A stretch of DNA of 64,000 bases from Dipteris shenzhenensis. Its lineage: Eukaryota. Positions within the stretch are counted from its first letter, which is position 1. Every line of letters starts with the position of its first letter. Below the pieces are notes generated by a model, which did no database searches, was not told where the DNA came from, and saw only the letters and a list, made by a program, of their open reading frames with translations. This document shows, piece by piece, positions 1 through 12,105 of this stretch. The translations under genes and the position numbers were made by a program. Where the stretch lies: assembly GCA_047967505.1 (NCBI GenBank), contig CM106538.1; one strand, 5' to 3'.

Positions 1-1078
1 ATCCTTCATATCAAAGGCCTCATGCAACTTGGCCTTTAATGCATCTAGCTCATAAGTATTCTTGCTAGCCAATAGCATATCATCCACATATAGTGCCAAG
101 ATTATCAGGCTATTATCCTTAGCCCTTTAATTGTAGAGGCAGTGACCAATTTCACTCCTTCTAAAACTCTAGGACCAAATGAAAGCATCAAACTTATGAT
201 ACCATTCTCTAGGAACTTGCTTAAGACCATAGAGACTCTTCTTCAGCTTGCAAACTAAATGCTCTTTGCCCTTTTCTTCAAAGCCTTCCGGCTGCACCAT
301 GTAAATTTCCTCATGCAAATCCCCATGCAAGAAGGCTGTCTTAACATCCATCTACATAAGCTCCATATCCTCTATTGCCACTAGTCCAAGCATGCATCTA
401 AGTGTGGTCATCTTCACAACCGGAGAGAATATCTCATCAAAGTCCACACCCTTCTCTTGCTTGAACCCTTTAGCGACCAAAGGGCCTTGTACCTAGGCAT
501 ATCATCACCTGTGACCTTCATCTTGTAGACCCATTTACATGGCAATGCTTTCTTTCCATGTGGCAAAGAAACCAAGTCCCAAGTCTTATTGTTCATAAGT
601 GAACTCATCTCTGACTGCATAGCATACTCCCACTTGCATTGATCCTCATGCATCATAGCCTCTCTGTAGCAAGAAGGCTCCCCACAATCAATAAGCATCA
701 CATAGTCTACCCCTAGAACAAACCTATCAGGCAACCTAGACACTCTAGATGATTTTCTCAAGGGCATTTCAGCTTGCTGTCCCACTTGCATATCAGCCAC
801 ATTTGGCTCATCTTTTCCACCAATAGATGATCCATCATCTACCCTTGATTGTATACCTGTGGGAGTACTTGGTGGTACCATTTCTTGCACATTTGGTGCA
901 TGGACAGCTTGCTGTCTATTAACATATGTAGGTGGATTCACATCCTGGAAAGTGATTCTCCTCATTTCCACATCCTTCATGGGTGCCTTATGCATCTTCT
1001 TCTCATTGAAGACTACATCATGGCTGCATATGATCTTCTTTGCTTCTGGATCCCAGAGACGATAGCCCATCTCTCCAC
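1..1078 (-). pseudogene. Ty1/copia pol fragment (integrase C-terminus + reverse transcriptase), truncated, with stops and frameshifts
   Basis: Near-identical by eye to 18736-19814. ORF pieces show RT motifs ([34 protein letters not shown]). Homology ends abruptly at ...CTCTCCAC 1078. Confidence 0.95.
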
Positions 1079-1560
1079 AAATTGTATCTTGCAAAGCTAG
1101 CTCCCTCAAAATCAAAACCACCACCTCTTGAATGGTCCCCTAAGGGACTGGAAAGAGTATGCATAGCAAATGAACCCTTACTTGAGAACACCTTACCAGT
1201 GGAAAAGTTACCCCATAGTTCCCAACGTAAGAAGTTTTGGAAATATAAGCCACATGTACAGATGAAGCTCGATCAAGAGACTTCGAAAAAAAAAAGTCAA
1301 AAAAAGCCTAACAAATTGGTAAATGAAACTATGCCACCTAGTACACATGGCACATGTCAGGCTAGTTTAACACTATCAAGGGCCGATCTTCGAGTGGTTT
1401 TGCATCTTGGGCCGACACAGGTTCTTGCATTGCTACCTTCGGAACCTTCATGGTTTGTACAATCATCTTTGGCACCCAAGCAACTTGCTTGCCTCAGTCT
1501 CCCAAGTGCTTAGTGGGGACATAGCATTTTGGGGGATGTTGCGGTGGAGGAGGTGGATTG

Positions 1561-2112
1561 TGTTGGGGTAAAGGCACTGGCCACCCTATGTAACAGTTTT
1601 TAGTCTAGTACTGCTAAGTACACTAAGTATGCATTGTACTTAGTGCCTAGTGGTCCTAGCCTTATCCAAAGATCTATATACTACTGTGTGTACTTGGGGA
1701 GGTACCACTCATTGTTTATCCCCACCTATTGGTGTCTACTGTGGGTGTGTCTCCTCTCCTCACTCCCAAACTCCTACTCTCTCCCTCTTCTACGTCAACT
1801 GGTATCAGAGCCACTACTCTGATACCAGTTGACGTAGAAGAGGGAGAGAGTAGGAGTAGTGGCTCTGATACCGGTTGACGTAGAAGAGGGAGAGAGTAGG
1901 AGTTTGGGAGTGAGGAGAGGAGACACACCCACAGTAGACACCAATAGGTGGGGATAAACAATGAGTGGTACCTCCCCAAGTACACACAGTAGTATATAGA
2001 TCTTTGGATAAGGCTAGGACCACTAGGCACTAAGTACAATGCATACTTAGTGTACTTAGCAGTACTAGACTAAAAACTGTTACATAGGGTGGCCAGTGCC
2101 TTTACCCCAACA
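1561..2112. repeat. Palindrome of two inverted 237-bp copia-type LTRs (1561-1797 +, 1876-2112 -), each followed by a tRNA-iMet PBS
   Basis: Arms 1561-1819 and 1854-2112 are reverse complements, with one mismatch seen (1800/1873). LTRs run TGTTGG...GTCA. The ORF track gives the same peptides on both strands. Confidence 0.95.
1800..1813 (+). promoter_or_regulatory. Primer-binding site (initiator tRNA-Met)
   Basis: TGGTATCAGAGCCA lies 2 nt after the LTR-terminal CA and is the canonical plant iMet PBS. Confidence 0.92.
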
Positions 2113-2123
2113 ACCTCCCACTT
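2113..2123 (-). promoter_or_regulatory. Polypurine tract abutting the minus-strand 237-bp LTR
   Basis: Minus strand reads AAGTGGGAGGT|TGTTGG, closely matching the PPT AAGGGGAGGT of the copia element at 17814-17823. Confidence 0.85.
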
Positions 2124-3198
2124 AAAGGCAATGTGCCCTCAAGAGAAAGAAAAGAAAGAGCAGCAGAACATCACGAAAGTACAATTGTACCTGTTTCCAC
2201 ATACTTTTGGAGCAGCTACAGCAGCTTCAACTGTACTTTTCCTTGGAAAACGTGCAACAGGCACATTACGCAGGTACAGGCGCAGCGTGCACGCAAATCG
2301 TGCAAGTATAGCGCCACAACTTCAACATTGAGTGCCCATAGGCACCTATTCCTTTGTTTTCCAGCGGGCACACTGTTGTGCTTCTACAACAGCAATTTCC
2401 TGTTTATTTCAGCACTTGGCACGCTTTCTTGTGCAGAAAATTCTACGACGCAGCAAGGTACGCAGGTACAACTGTACTTGCTGTACTTTTCCTATTTTAC
2501 ACAGGTTTTGTTAAGCTGAAAATTGCAAGTTATCTTCACTACTCTTGAAAAGAGGGACGCACTACTGTGCAAGCCCTATTTTGTAACTGCCAGGTACTTT
2601 GCTTTCTTATGCACTGTATCCTGTGATTTTCTATCATTTCAATACGCATCTTGTACTGCAAAGGCATGTACAGGTGTTCTACAATGGCAAGGCATCACTC
2701 AACTCTGAGGCTTAGCTTATGCCGCAAACAGAGTTGAGACAGGTTATTCACTTGGCCAGTGAAGGGTTACACAGCGTATGCATTGACAGATTTGCAGTGT
2801 GTATGCCTATTACCTGAGCAGAAGTCTATGCCATCTTGATGTGGGCATTTAGACCTTGTCAATTGAAGAAGCTTTGGCAATCATGATGGTTTAGCCACAC
2901 GGTCAAAACTCCTCCATTTTATGTGTGCACATATCCATCAAAGTTTCTGCCACAAGGTAGAAACTTGGCATTCCCACACTTTGGAAACAAGATGTGACAA
3001 AATTCTAATGAATGTACTTCCCTCATAAGTTTATGCCACAAGGCCAAAACTTTGTCACATTTGCTTTCCAAGGATGGGGATGCAAATCTTATGACTTGTG
3101 GCAAAAACTTCAATGGAACCTAGAGAAGGTTTGCCCATGTTGCCAAATCTTCATGAAGCCAAAGCTTCTTGAACTATTAGGATTTTGATGAGGTCTAA

Positions 3199-3660
3199 AT
3201 GTCCACAATGGCCAGAAGACAACCTAAAGAAGTTGAATTTGCATCGGTTTATGCCCCCCAGTCTTCTCGTGATAGAGCTTTGATCTGGGCTGCCATGCAT
3301 ACTTATCCATGGCGACAACATGCCTTCATTTGTGGTGACTCTAATAATGCCCCTCAATCGGGTGACAACACCTCAGGCCACACTCATATGTTGGCTTCTG
3401 AAACACAGGCATGGTCTGATTTTTTGCTTCAGTTGCGCCTGGTTGATCTCTGGAAGGAATTACAGCCCATGCTTCTGTGTTATACCTTTCAGCACAATGC
3501 TCAATCTTCTTATCGGGCACGCTTGGACAGATGGTATCAGATTGATCCACAGCATTGTGATGCCTTTACTTGTCAAATTTGGGTTGATCATGCTTTCACA
3601 CATTCGGATCATGCTCCTCTTTGGTTGAGGCTTTCCTTACATGAATTTCCCAGCCAAGTA
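3199..3660 (+). pseudogene. LINE (L1-like) ORF2 apurinic endonuclease fragment
   Basis: APE motifs in order: SVYAP, ICGDSN (GDFN-like), LVDLW, YTF, ARLDRWY, HSDHAPL. No RT follows. Confidence 0.85.
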
Positions 3661-3719
3661 ATAAGTTGCTGCATTTTTGTGCCAAATCCCAATGCCTGCA
3701 TGGTCGATAAGCTTTTGGA

Positions 3720-4369
3720 CTAAAACCCCCGAAATTTAAGTTGACTCAATTTGCACTGATAAAGAGACCATTAAAGGGCTTCTTATGGAGAATGAAAGGT
3801 CTTATACCAAAGAAGAGCCACCAGAGAGGGATTGCACAATGTTGTGCCAAGTCACTTGGAAGAGCTGTGGCAAGTTTAATTAGTATTTTGCTCATTTCTC
3901 CTCATCCCCTAAAGCATTTAAGCTCAAAATTAATTAGAAGATTCGTCATAGTGTTTCCTAACTTCAACTGGGAGGGCTGGTCAAAATTCTACATCTACAA
4001 CCTGAATTTTGAAAAAGTGCACAAGATAGAGAATGCATTGGTATCAATAGTAGAAGGACAAATCCACACCAAGCTTGGAGTTGGAGGTGTGCCCTAATGA
4101 GAAGGTTCGTTAGCCCAAAGGTCATGTAGAATGGTTATCTAGGTGACGAGAACAAGCTCTCACAAGAATTTTCAGAAAGAGGCAAAACGGAGAGAAGGAG
4201 GTGGAGGTGAGGAAGAAGATGATGATGTGGCAAACTAGGAGGCTTTTTAGAACCTATAGCTCTGATGCCACATGTTGGGAAGTTGTGGGAGAGAAGAGAT
4301 GCATCATGACAAAATTTGAAACCACGTGTGTGATGGTCCTAGACACCTGATAGCACTAAGTGTGCTATA

Positions 4370-4414
<45 letters not shown>

Positions 4415-4471
4415 GCTGCTAGATGCACACATGCACCTTAGAGCAAGCCCTTGATCACAAATATCCTAATA
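3720..4471 (-). mobile_element. Truncated LTR element (LTR ~4273-4471, PBS 4259-4270), relative of the 30067-32287 element
   Basis: Minus strand reads ...TCCCAACA-TG-TGGCATCAGAGC. The leader (TCATCATCTTCTTCCTCAC) matches ~30405-30422. The LTR contains a (CA)n tract. Boundaries approximate. Confidence 0.65.
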
Positions 4472-5199
4472 GCTATTCTCCCTCCTTGACTATGCCTTGA
4501 GCTTATGGACATATTCTAGGTGTGGATGGCCATGACAATTGAGGTTTTTGAGGTTGTCACAATGGGTGCCCCTCCTATGCCTGACTTGGGGTCCTTTTCT
4601 CTTTTAGGCTTCTGTCTAGAGGGCTATGTGGGTTTTGTCAATTGTAGAAAGCTCCTCTATTTCAGCTTGCAATTTATCCCTTTGTGATGATGCTTTCAAA
4701 TATTGTCAACGCTTTGCTTGAGAAATTGGCTTGGACATTAGTGAGGTTAGCTCTTAACATTATAATTTTTCTTTAGCTTTGTCAACTTGGGCTTCCAAAC
4801 TTTGGACTCAAGCTTGAGGTTGAAATTTTGTCTTTCTACCCTGGTCATATTTATTGTTGTAGATTTTTCACTGTGCTTGCTCATGGTTGAGCTTCTTTAT
4901 TTCTTATTTAAGTGCCTTGACTTTGTTCTTTTCTTCTAATTGGTGCACTTCTTGGGTGTTGCCCTTGCTCCTTCTAGTTGCTATCATGCATTTTAGTCTA
5001 GATTGCCACACACCAAACTTGGAGTTATTAATTTTCTTTGTTGGCTTGGTGTGCTCAAAAATCTACCATGCCAATAAGATTGAAATTATCTTGAATGTCG
5101 CACAAGACATTGTTGTACTATCGTACAAATGTCATTTTCATAAGAACAGACGGCATCGATTAGTAGGCAAGGGTTCTATGTATGGCTTGCATTAGTCAA

Positions 5200-6330
5200 T
5201 CTAGAAGTGTTGTGATGGGGAGACACTTCCTTCACCCTAATTTTGTTTCTCTTCTTGGGAGGATTGTTGTGGTGGTTGTGGCTCTGGGTACAGTGATTGT
5301 GGCTATGGATGTGTAGCTTAAGTACCCTCCAATGATCTTTATGCATATGTCCTTTAGCATACCCTTCAGTATCAGGAATGTTTGATCTTACATGCGAATT
5401 TTGAAGGTGATGGCTCTAGGTTTTTGGACTTGAACCAATTCTAGACTTCCTCAAAGAGAATGTTCTCTGGAGTCTTCATCAATGAGAACTCTCTTTACCA
5501 CGTGGTTTTGAAATTTGATGTAAAGGCATTTCTTGGTCCTAAATCACTATTTCAATCACTTCCATTCTTGTGGTCAATGGATCTACTATTGTAGGTCTTC
5601 ATTGACTAAGGGATTTTGCATAGAGGGGAGCAAGTTCCAATAGGTGTATGATGGAAATTGTCACATTCAATTACCAAAATTTATCCAATTTGTGTTGATT
5701 TGATTCTAAATCATTGCAATGTCTTTTGCTTCATCTTCACTCCTTGATTTGTTTTCGCTTTCATTCATTGTCAAACTGCACTTTGCCTCCTCCATGCTTC
5801 CATTCATTGCATGAGAGCTTGGTGGTACCCTTATCTTGATGAGGAGTTCTTTTTTGCTTGAGGGCATGTTTGATCTCCTTCATCATCTTCTTCTCTTCCT
5901 TTTAGGAAATCCCTAGCTCATTTCACTTCTTTGGATACGTCTGGTCCTTTACATGTGATCTTATGCCCACTTTCATTTTCACTTATGCCAGTGGCTTGCA
6001 TGGCCATCATCTTAGTTGCATGCTTTTGTAGCATGTCTAGTTGCCTCTTCCACAATTAGCATTTTCTTTTATTGTGGCCTTCATTACTGTAAAATTAACA
6101 TGCCATGTTGGTGTTCTTTGGTCTATCACCTTTGATAGGGCCATTTGGCCTCCCTTCCACTTCATGAATCTATGTGTGGTCTGCCTTTGCTTGTTGAACT
6201 AGCACTCTCGTGTGGCCCAAATGATTCCAAATGTTATGGTATATACCCAGTTGATACTCATGCAAATAAAAGTACTACTTCCCATGCAAGTGGCCGTCAA
6301 TAGTCATGTATATCCCATACAATTGTGTTT
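5200..6330 (-). pseudogene. Highly degenerate gypsy-like gag/protease relic
   Basis: Manual translation gives a zinc-knuckle-like C-x-FYSNEGHNKRKC near 6060-6105 and a protease-like KRVLIDEDSRENIL near 5460-5500. Many stops. Confidence 0.4.
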
Positions 6331-6418
6331 AGAGTTTGAACAAGTAGCCTAGTGAAGAACATGAAGAATCAATTGACCATAATATGCTTAATTAGTTTAC
6401 ATTTTCTACATTTATTTA

Positions 6419-6612
6419 AAGCATGTGCTATACCTTCCCTATTGGCCCTCACAAATAACCCCACCACATTTATAACATTGCTAAAGCCATAAGGTAAGTA
6501 ATTTAAAAACTGCTAAGCATGTGCTATATCTTCCCTATTGGCCCTCACAAATAATCCCACCACATTTATAACATTGCTAAAGCCATAAGGTAAGTAATTT
6601 AAAAACTGCTAA
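6419..6612. repeat. Tandem duplication, 2 x 96 bp
   Basis: AAGCATGTGCTATA...AAAAACTGCT begins at 6419 and again at 6515, with two substitutions seen. Confidence 0.95.
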
Positions 6613-7304
6613 AATCACAAGGTAACTAATTGAAAAATATCCAAAGATAAAATCAAAATTCTTAAAAAGTACCTTATTTCTTGTGAAAAGTTGAGAGTGA
6701 TTACATGCCTTGTCGAATGTGCAATGTAGAGAAGGAATGTGTAATTGTACAAACATAAATCAACACCATTGTTTTCATAATGTCTTCTCCTCCATCCTGC
6801 AATTGCTTTTCATTGGTCAAAAGCAACTACAATTATAGGGCAATGTGAGAAAGGGAAGCCTGTGCTCTCTGTTACTTTTTTAAAAAAAAATTTTAAAATG
6901 AATGAATGAAAGAAGCATCTGAACTACTTACTTGAACAAGAAAAAAATAACTATTGTGTCGACAATGGAGGTTAGGGGAAGTAAGAAGTGTAAACCTTAT
7001 CTTGGACCAATAAAGTTAAATTGAATATGTGAAAAAAAAATGTTAAGAGAGTAGAGGGACATCAAAGAATGATCTGATCTGACCTTCTCTCATATTGAGT
7101 TTTAAAGCAACAACATTGGGGATAATAAAAGCATGGCATGTGAACGTCCATGCATGCACGTGTGTGCATGTGGACGCATGTTTATGTGTGTGTGCATGTA
7201 CTACCCTAAACAAAAAGCATTAATGAATAATGCCAAATTTCACTATAGACACAGTAACATAAGTGCACTGAATGCAAGTCTTATAGTGTGAGATAAGAGG
7301 GCAA

Positions 7305-8774
7305 TCAAGAAGTTATTGGCAAATCGTTGAGAGGTTCAGGCTTGGGAACTCTCGCTTCTTCGTGATCGGGCATATACCAAAACCCATCCTCATGTTGCAT
7401 CAGCCCTTTGTACGGGATTTGCCACCAAGAAGCGGGAACCAAATACTTCTCATTGAGAAAATCATATGATTTATTGACAAATGCCACATCACGATCAACC
7501 ACGAGATGGAAGTCCTCTTTAAGGCCATGGGTGCCAGCCACCAAATGGAGATGGGCATTGAGGTTGTGCCAGTTGCTAGGATTCGTGTTTGTCTTTAGGT
7601 ATGGAGACTTGTTTGAGTTGAAGAGGAGCTCCTTACCGAGCTGCTCATAACCGAATAGCCAGTCGGGGTACGAAGGTATAAGGTCGAGTTTGTTCCTGAC
7701 CTTGAGAACCCTTGCAACCAAATGCTATAGCGGTTACGAGAATGGGTTGTGTATCTCCATCCCTCAAGTTGACCTTGTTCAATGCAAGTTGACCTTGTTC
7801 AATGCAATGTCAAAGGCGTTCAAAACCCCCACAGATGCACCCAAGCTATGCCCAACTATGGTCAACTATGGCTGGTGCTTCTTTATCAAAACTTCAACTC
7901 GTTCATCACCTGCTCTCTTGCAGCATACTCTGATCTCTCGTCCTTGGACGTGTAGATCGTCAGCCACCCCCTCTCCACCTTCGGCAACACATCCTCCTCC
8001 CTTCCTCCCTCCCCTTGATCCGTTATTTCAGCCATCCCAAACTCGAAGTCGTCGATCCATTCCATCGTACTCTGCGTTCCCCTCCACACCACCACTATGT
8101 CCCTCCGGCCCAGGAACTTTGTGGCACTCTCTGTCGAAATCGCTACATAGCCAATCCAATTGCTTTCCTTGGACCACGCTTCCTTCGAGAGAGATTTTAG
8201 AAACACTCGTGCGGGCATGGGTATCTCAGATGTGGAGTAGAGGTACCTTACGACTTCGTACTTGACGAGTCGCCCTTTTGTGAGGCCTACGCATTCGAAG
8301 AATTCCTCCTTGCCGAATCGGCCGCTACCGGTGTACTTGGAATGTTCGTCGGAGTCGAAAGCATCGTAGACCGCTTGGTTGAAATCTCCATACCAGAGGA
8401 TGTTCTTCCTTAGATCGAGATCACGAGGTTCGAGAAGACCCTCCCAATGGTCCTCTCCTTGAAGCTCTCTCCATTTTTCGGTGACTGTACCCTTCTCTGT
8501 ATGCGGTTCCTCTTCGACCTCTTCCGTGGATTAGCAAGAAAGCCTTGAGCTCTATCTCTGCGATGCCCTCTGCAGTACCTTGCGCATTAACTGCGGACGC
8601 TTGGACACAAAATGTTTGAACGACAATCTTTCCGTGAGTTAGAAACGGAGTCAGGGACGGAGAAACGTTCAATGAGGCACCAAAATGTGGAAGCCCATGA
8701 CATGAGGGGTCTAGGTGGCGGTCTAACAAAGCCGGAGAAGCCTGCAGGAAGCTGAGGGAAATAAGAGGAGCCAT
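7305..8774 (-). pseudogene. Intronless phospholipase A1 (class 3 lipase, DAD1/PLA1-like) pseudogene
   Basis: Motifs KWRELQGEDHWEGLL, ESNWIGYVA, LGRRDIVVVWRGT, GHSLG (~7843-7857), VRNKLDLIP, HNLNAHLHLV, RDVAFVNKSYDFL, VPASWW. Disrupted by frameshifts (~8535, ~7890), a 20-bp tandem duplication (7765-7804) and a deletion removing the PRVGN region (~7718). Confidence 0.9.
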
Positions 8775-8899
8775 TGTGCAGGCTTCAAGGAGTATTACTG
8801 TTCTAATTTAAGGACTCGCTCTGGATGGACTTCTTACACCAAGGAGCAGCAAAGTTGTTGCAGAAGTGTATGTGTTGGGAAAGCTGTTGCGGAAGTCGT

Positions 8900-10510
8900 A
8901 TGGGGAAGCTGTGCCCAATTCGCCCTCCACCCCCTATTTTCATTTTCTTTTCGTATGAATTTCAGGCTTTGACATAGCTTGTCATTCGCTCAAAATTGCT
9001 ATATAATCTCTAAGAATATAAATCGCAGTGGGATGGATTTCGTAAGTCGCCGACCAGCAAAGTTGCAGAAGTTGTATGGGGAAGGTGTGCCCAATTCGCC
9101 CTCCACCCCCTATTGTCATTTTCTTTTCCTATGAATTTCAGCTTTTCATTCGCCCAAAATTGCTATATAAACTCTAAGAGTATGGATATAATCTCTAAGT
9201 CAATGTTCGCTCTGGTATGGACTTCGTATAGTTGCAGACCGGGAAGGTGTGCCCAATTTGCCCTCCACCTACGAGTAGGTCCCCCCATGAGGAAAAATCT
9301 AGTAGTAGTATTTAAGGATGGTGAGTCGGAGGAAGGGGGATGTCGAATTAAGCTAAGCTTCCTGAAATAATTAATTAAAGGAGCGATTAACCCAAGCTAC
9401 ATGCGTAGAATTCGAGCTCCCTCTGGAAGCTTCTCACCTTCCCTCGATAGATGCGTCACCCCCCTCTCACTCCATCTCAGTCCCTCCCTCTCCCTCTCAC
9501 TCTCCCTTCATATCTCTTGCACTTGCATCACACTCCTAGGCAATTTCCCGAACTGCTCCACTATGGATGAGTTAGGGCTTGACAGACTGCGCGGTTGTGT
9601 CGCCAGCCATGGATTTGCGATAGAGAAAAGCCTCTGCCATGCACCTTGGGTGAAAGAAATGGGGGAGGGTAAGGGGGAGAGGGAGAGAGGGGGGGTCGAG
9701 ATGGAGTGGAAGGGGGGGGAGTGGACGAAGACAGAGTGAGGGGGAGTCGAGGAAGGGGTAAGGGAGAGCCAGAATTGACTAACTTAGATTAATTTAGATT
9801 AATTGATACACTGGCATGCAAGCAACCAATTGAATAGGCGTTGCTTCTGCTATGGGTGAAGATTCAGCAGGGACTTACAGGCATAGTGTGAATTTTGTTC
9901 TAAATTAGGTGTTATTTACAAGTGCTTCGGGTTCAATTGGATTTGTTGTTAAAGAAATACAAATTTGTGAAGTAAGGAGAGCAGTAAGAAATATGAATCT
10001 CTAAGTATATGTCTAAGTCAATGACTTACGCTTGGAGAAGTTGAATAGAGGCGTGTCTACCCCAATTTTCATTTTCATGGATAGGGCTAGCATGGATTTA
10101 AGATGGGAATCTTTTTGTCATAATTGCTCCCATCCTAAACCAAGTTTAGGATCGGTTTAGAATCGACATAGCCACTTTTTCTCCCATCTTGGACCACAAG
10201 ACCGTGGCAACCAGAATGGCCCTTTTTTAGGGATTTGAAAGCATGGAATGATGACATGTGTCCTTGGCATCCCCACATCTTAAACACATGAAATGATGCC
10301 ATGTGTCACCTCCCACCTAGAAATACATTTGATCATGGTTGGGACCGTATTTCCTCCCATCTACTAAGACCCTAAGTCTTGGACATCTCGCCCAAAATTT
10401 GTATGTAATAAGTAACAAGTTAATGACATGCTTCAGGTGGACTTCTTCTTGTAGAGGGTATGTGTGCCCAATTTGCCCTCCACCCCTATTTTCATTTTCT
10501 TTTCCCTATC
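8900..10510. repeat. Dispersed copies of a GTGCCCAATT(C/T)GCCCTCCACC...TTTTCATTTTC module upstream of the PLA1 pseudogene
   Basis: Copies near 8911, 9087, 9249 (truncated) and 10464. Confidence 0.8.
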
Positions 10511-10677
10511 AATATCAAGCCCGGATTTCACCTTGTCTTTCGCCCAAACTTCCTATATAGTCTCTAGTACACACACGCACAAACACATGCATGCATGCAC
10601 GCATGTGCACACCACACATATATGTATGTGTGTATGTATATATTGAGATTATACAGGAATGTTTATCCATCCATACA

Positions 10678-10741
<64 letters not shown>

Positions 10742-12105
10742 AAAAAATACATTCAAATTTTCGAATTGACAAAATTCTTTTATCAACCTTTGTTTAAGTT
10801 TCCCGTAAGTCGTGAAAAAAGGGAAAAGTACTTTGCCCATGCCTTCCATGCTCTTTGGTAAGGGGACAAAATTGCTAGGGTTCTACACGATGACGTTGAA
10901 AGACATTTGCCCACACTTTCCACACTCTTCTTGAAGAGGGCATAATGGCTCTTTGGGACAAATTACCTATGATGTAAGACATGGGAACACTTGAAGAAAC
11001 ACACTTTAAATCAAAATTGCTCATATGCAAAACATATCCAATGAATAAGTACATAATTACTAATGCCCTAGATGTAAAAGTAGATTACAAATATAGGGTA
11101 ATGATCTTAATAGAGGTCGAGATGGATATGAGTTGGAGATGAGGAGAATAATAAAAAAGAAGATGGCAACCAATTCAAAAGAAAAAAACAGCCCGATCAT
11201 GTGAATAAGAAAACGAAAAAGGTGAACTAGTTTGGTTGAAGATGTGAAAAAGAATAGCAATGAAGCATACTTATCTCCAATTTGGTTTCTTTTCAATCAT
11301 GCACCTCTTTATCTATGCCTTCTTCCTTCTCTTATTCTCCATGTCAATTCATAAAGACATTTATGGAAAAGAGGATAGCAAGTGGTTGCATTGAAAATAT
11401 TAGGAACAAAATTACTAACAAACACATAGGCTAGCTCCCTTTCATATCTTTTTCCTTGTTTTTAGTCATGGGCCTCATCAACACCTTCTTTATTCTCTTA
11501 TGCATGATGATTCTACATTTTATTCCAATTTAGTCACCGTCTTCTTCTTTATTCTTTCTATCTCCATCTTTGTTATTAGATTATCATTGGGATTATCATA
11601 CCTATATTCTTTTTCATCAATATACTTTTACACCCATGGTGTTGGCTACTTAAACACTTTGTTCATGGAGGCAAGGTTGATTTATTGTTGTGACATACTC
11701 AAAATGTGAGAGTTTTTTGTCATGTACTCCTCTTGGGAAGCATCAGCATCCTCACTTTAGATTCAAGTCCATTCACACCTTCTTTGTATTAGGTTTATCA
11801 TTACCTTCATCTCCACCCTTAATTTTTATTTTCACACTTTGTATTTGTCTTTTTCTAAAGAAGAATCAGACGAAAGTGAAGCTAAGGATAATGTAGTGCA
11901 AATGAGGTATGGATGGAGTTGGTGGACATGAAGATAAGGATGATAATGCTTTCAAGGAGAAGTACATGATAAAAGTAGCTCATAGTCTTGAGTATTTAAC
12001 AACAATAAAGGAACCCTCATTCAACAATAAGGAAGGTTCACAGAATAATATGTGAATATTGCACGTGTGCCTTTAAATTAAACTACCAAATTTTCAAATT
12101 ATGTG

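Noticed and set aside
1040-1513. 157-aa plus-strand ORF followed by GGGGGA-TG (possible PPT/LTR start at ~1537)
   Set aside because: The ORF begins in antisense copia sequence and has no recognisable domain. It may be the 3' tail of another retroelement, but this cannot be supported further.
4472-4490. Purine tract upstream of the 4273-4471 LTR, suggesting a second PPT-LTR-PBS tandem junction
   Set aside because: The tract is offset by ~4 nt and the LTR start is degenerate (TA rather than TG), so it may be coincidental flank.
10679-10738. ORFs with CVCV/ERER/SLSL runs here and at 14554-14910, 38135-38768 and 44622-46762
   Set aside because: These are translation artefacts of microsatellites and purine-rich low-complexity DNA.
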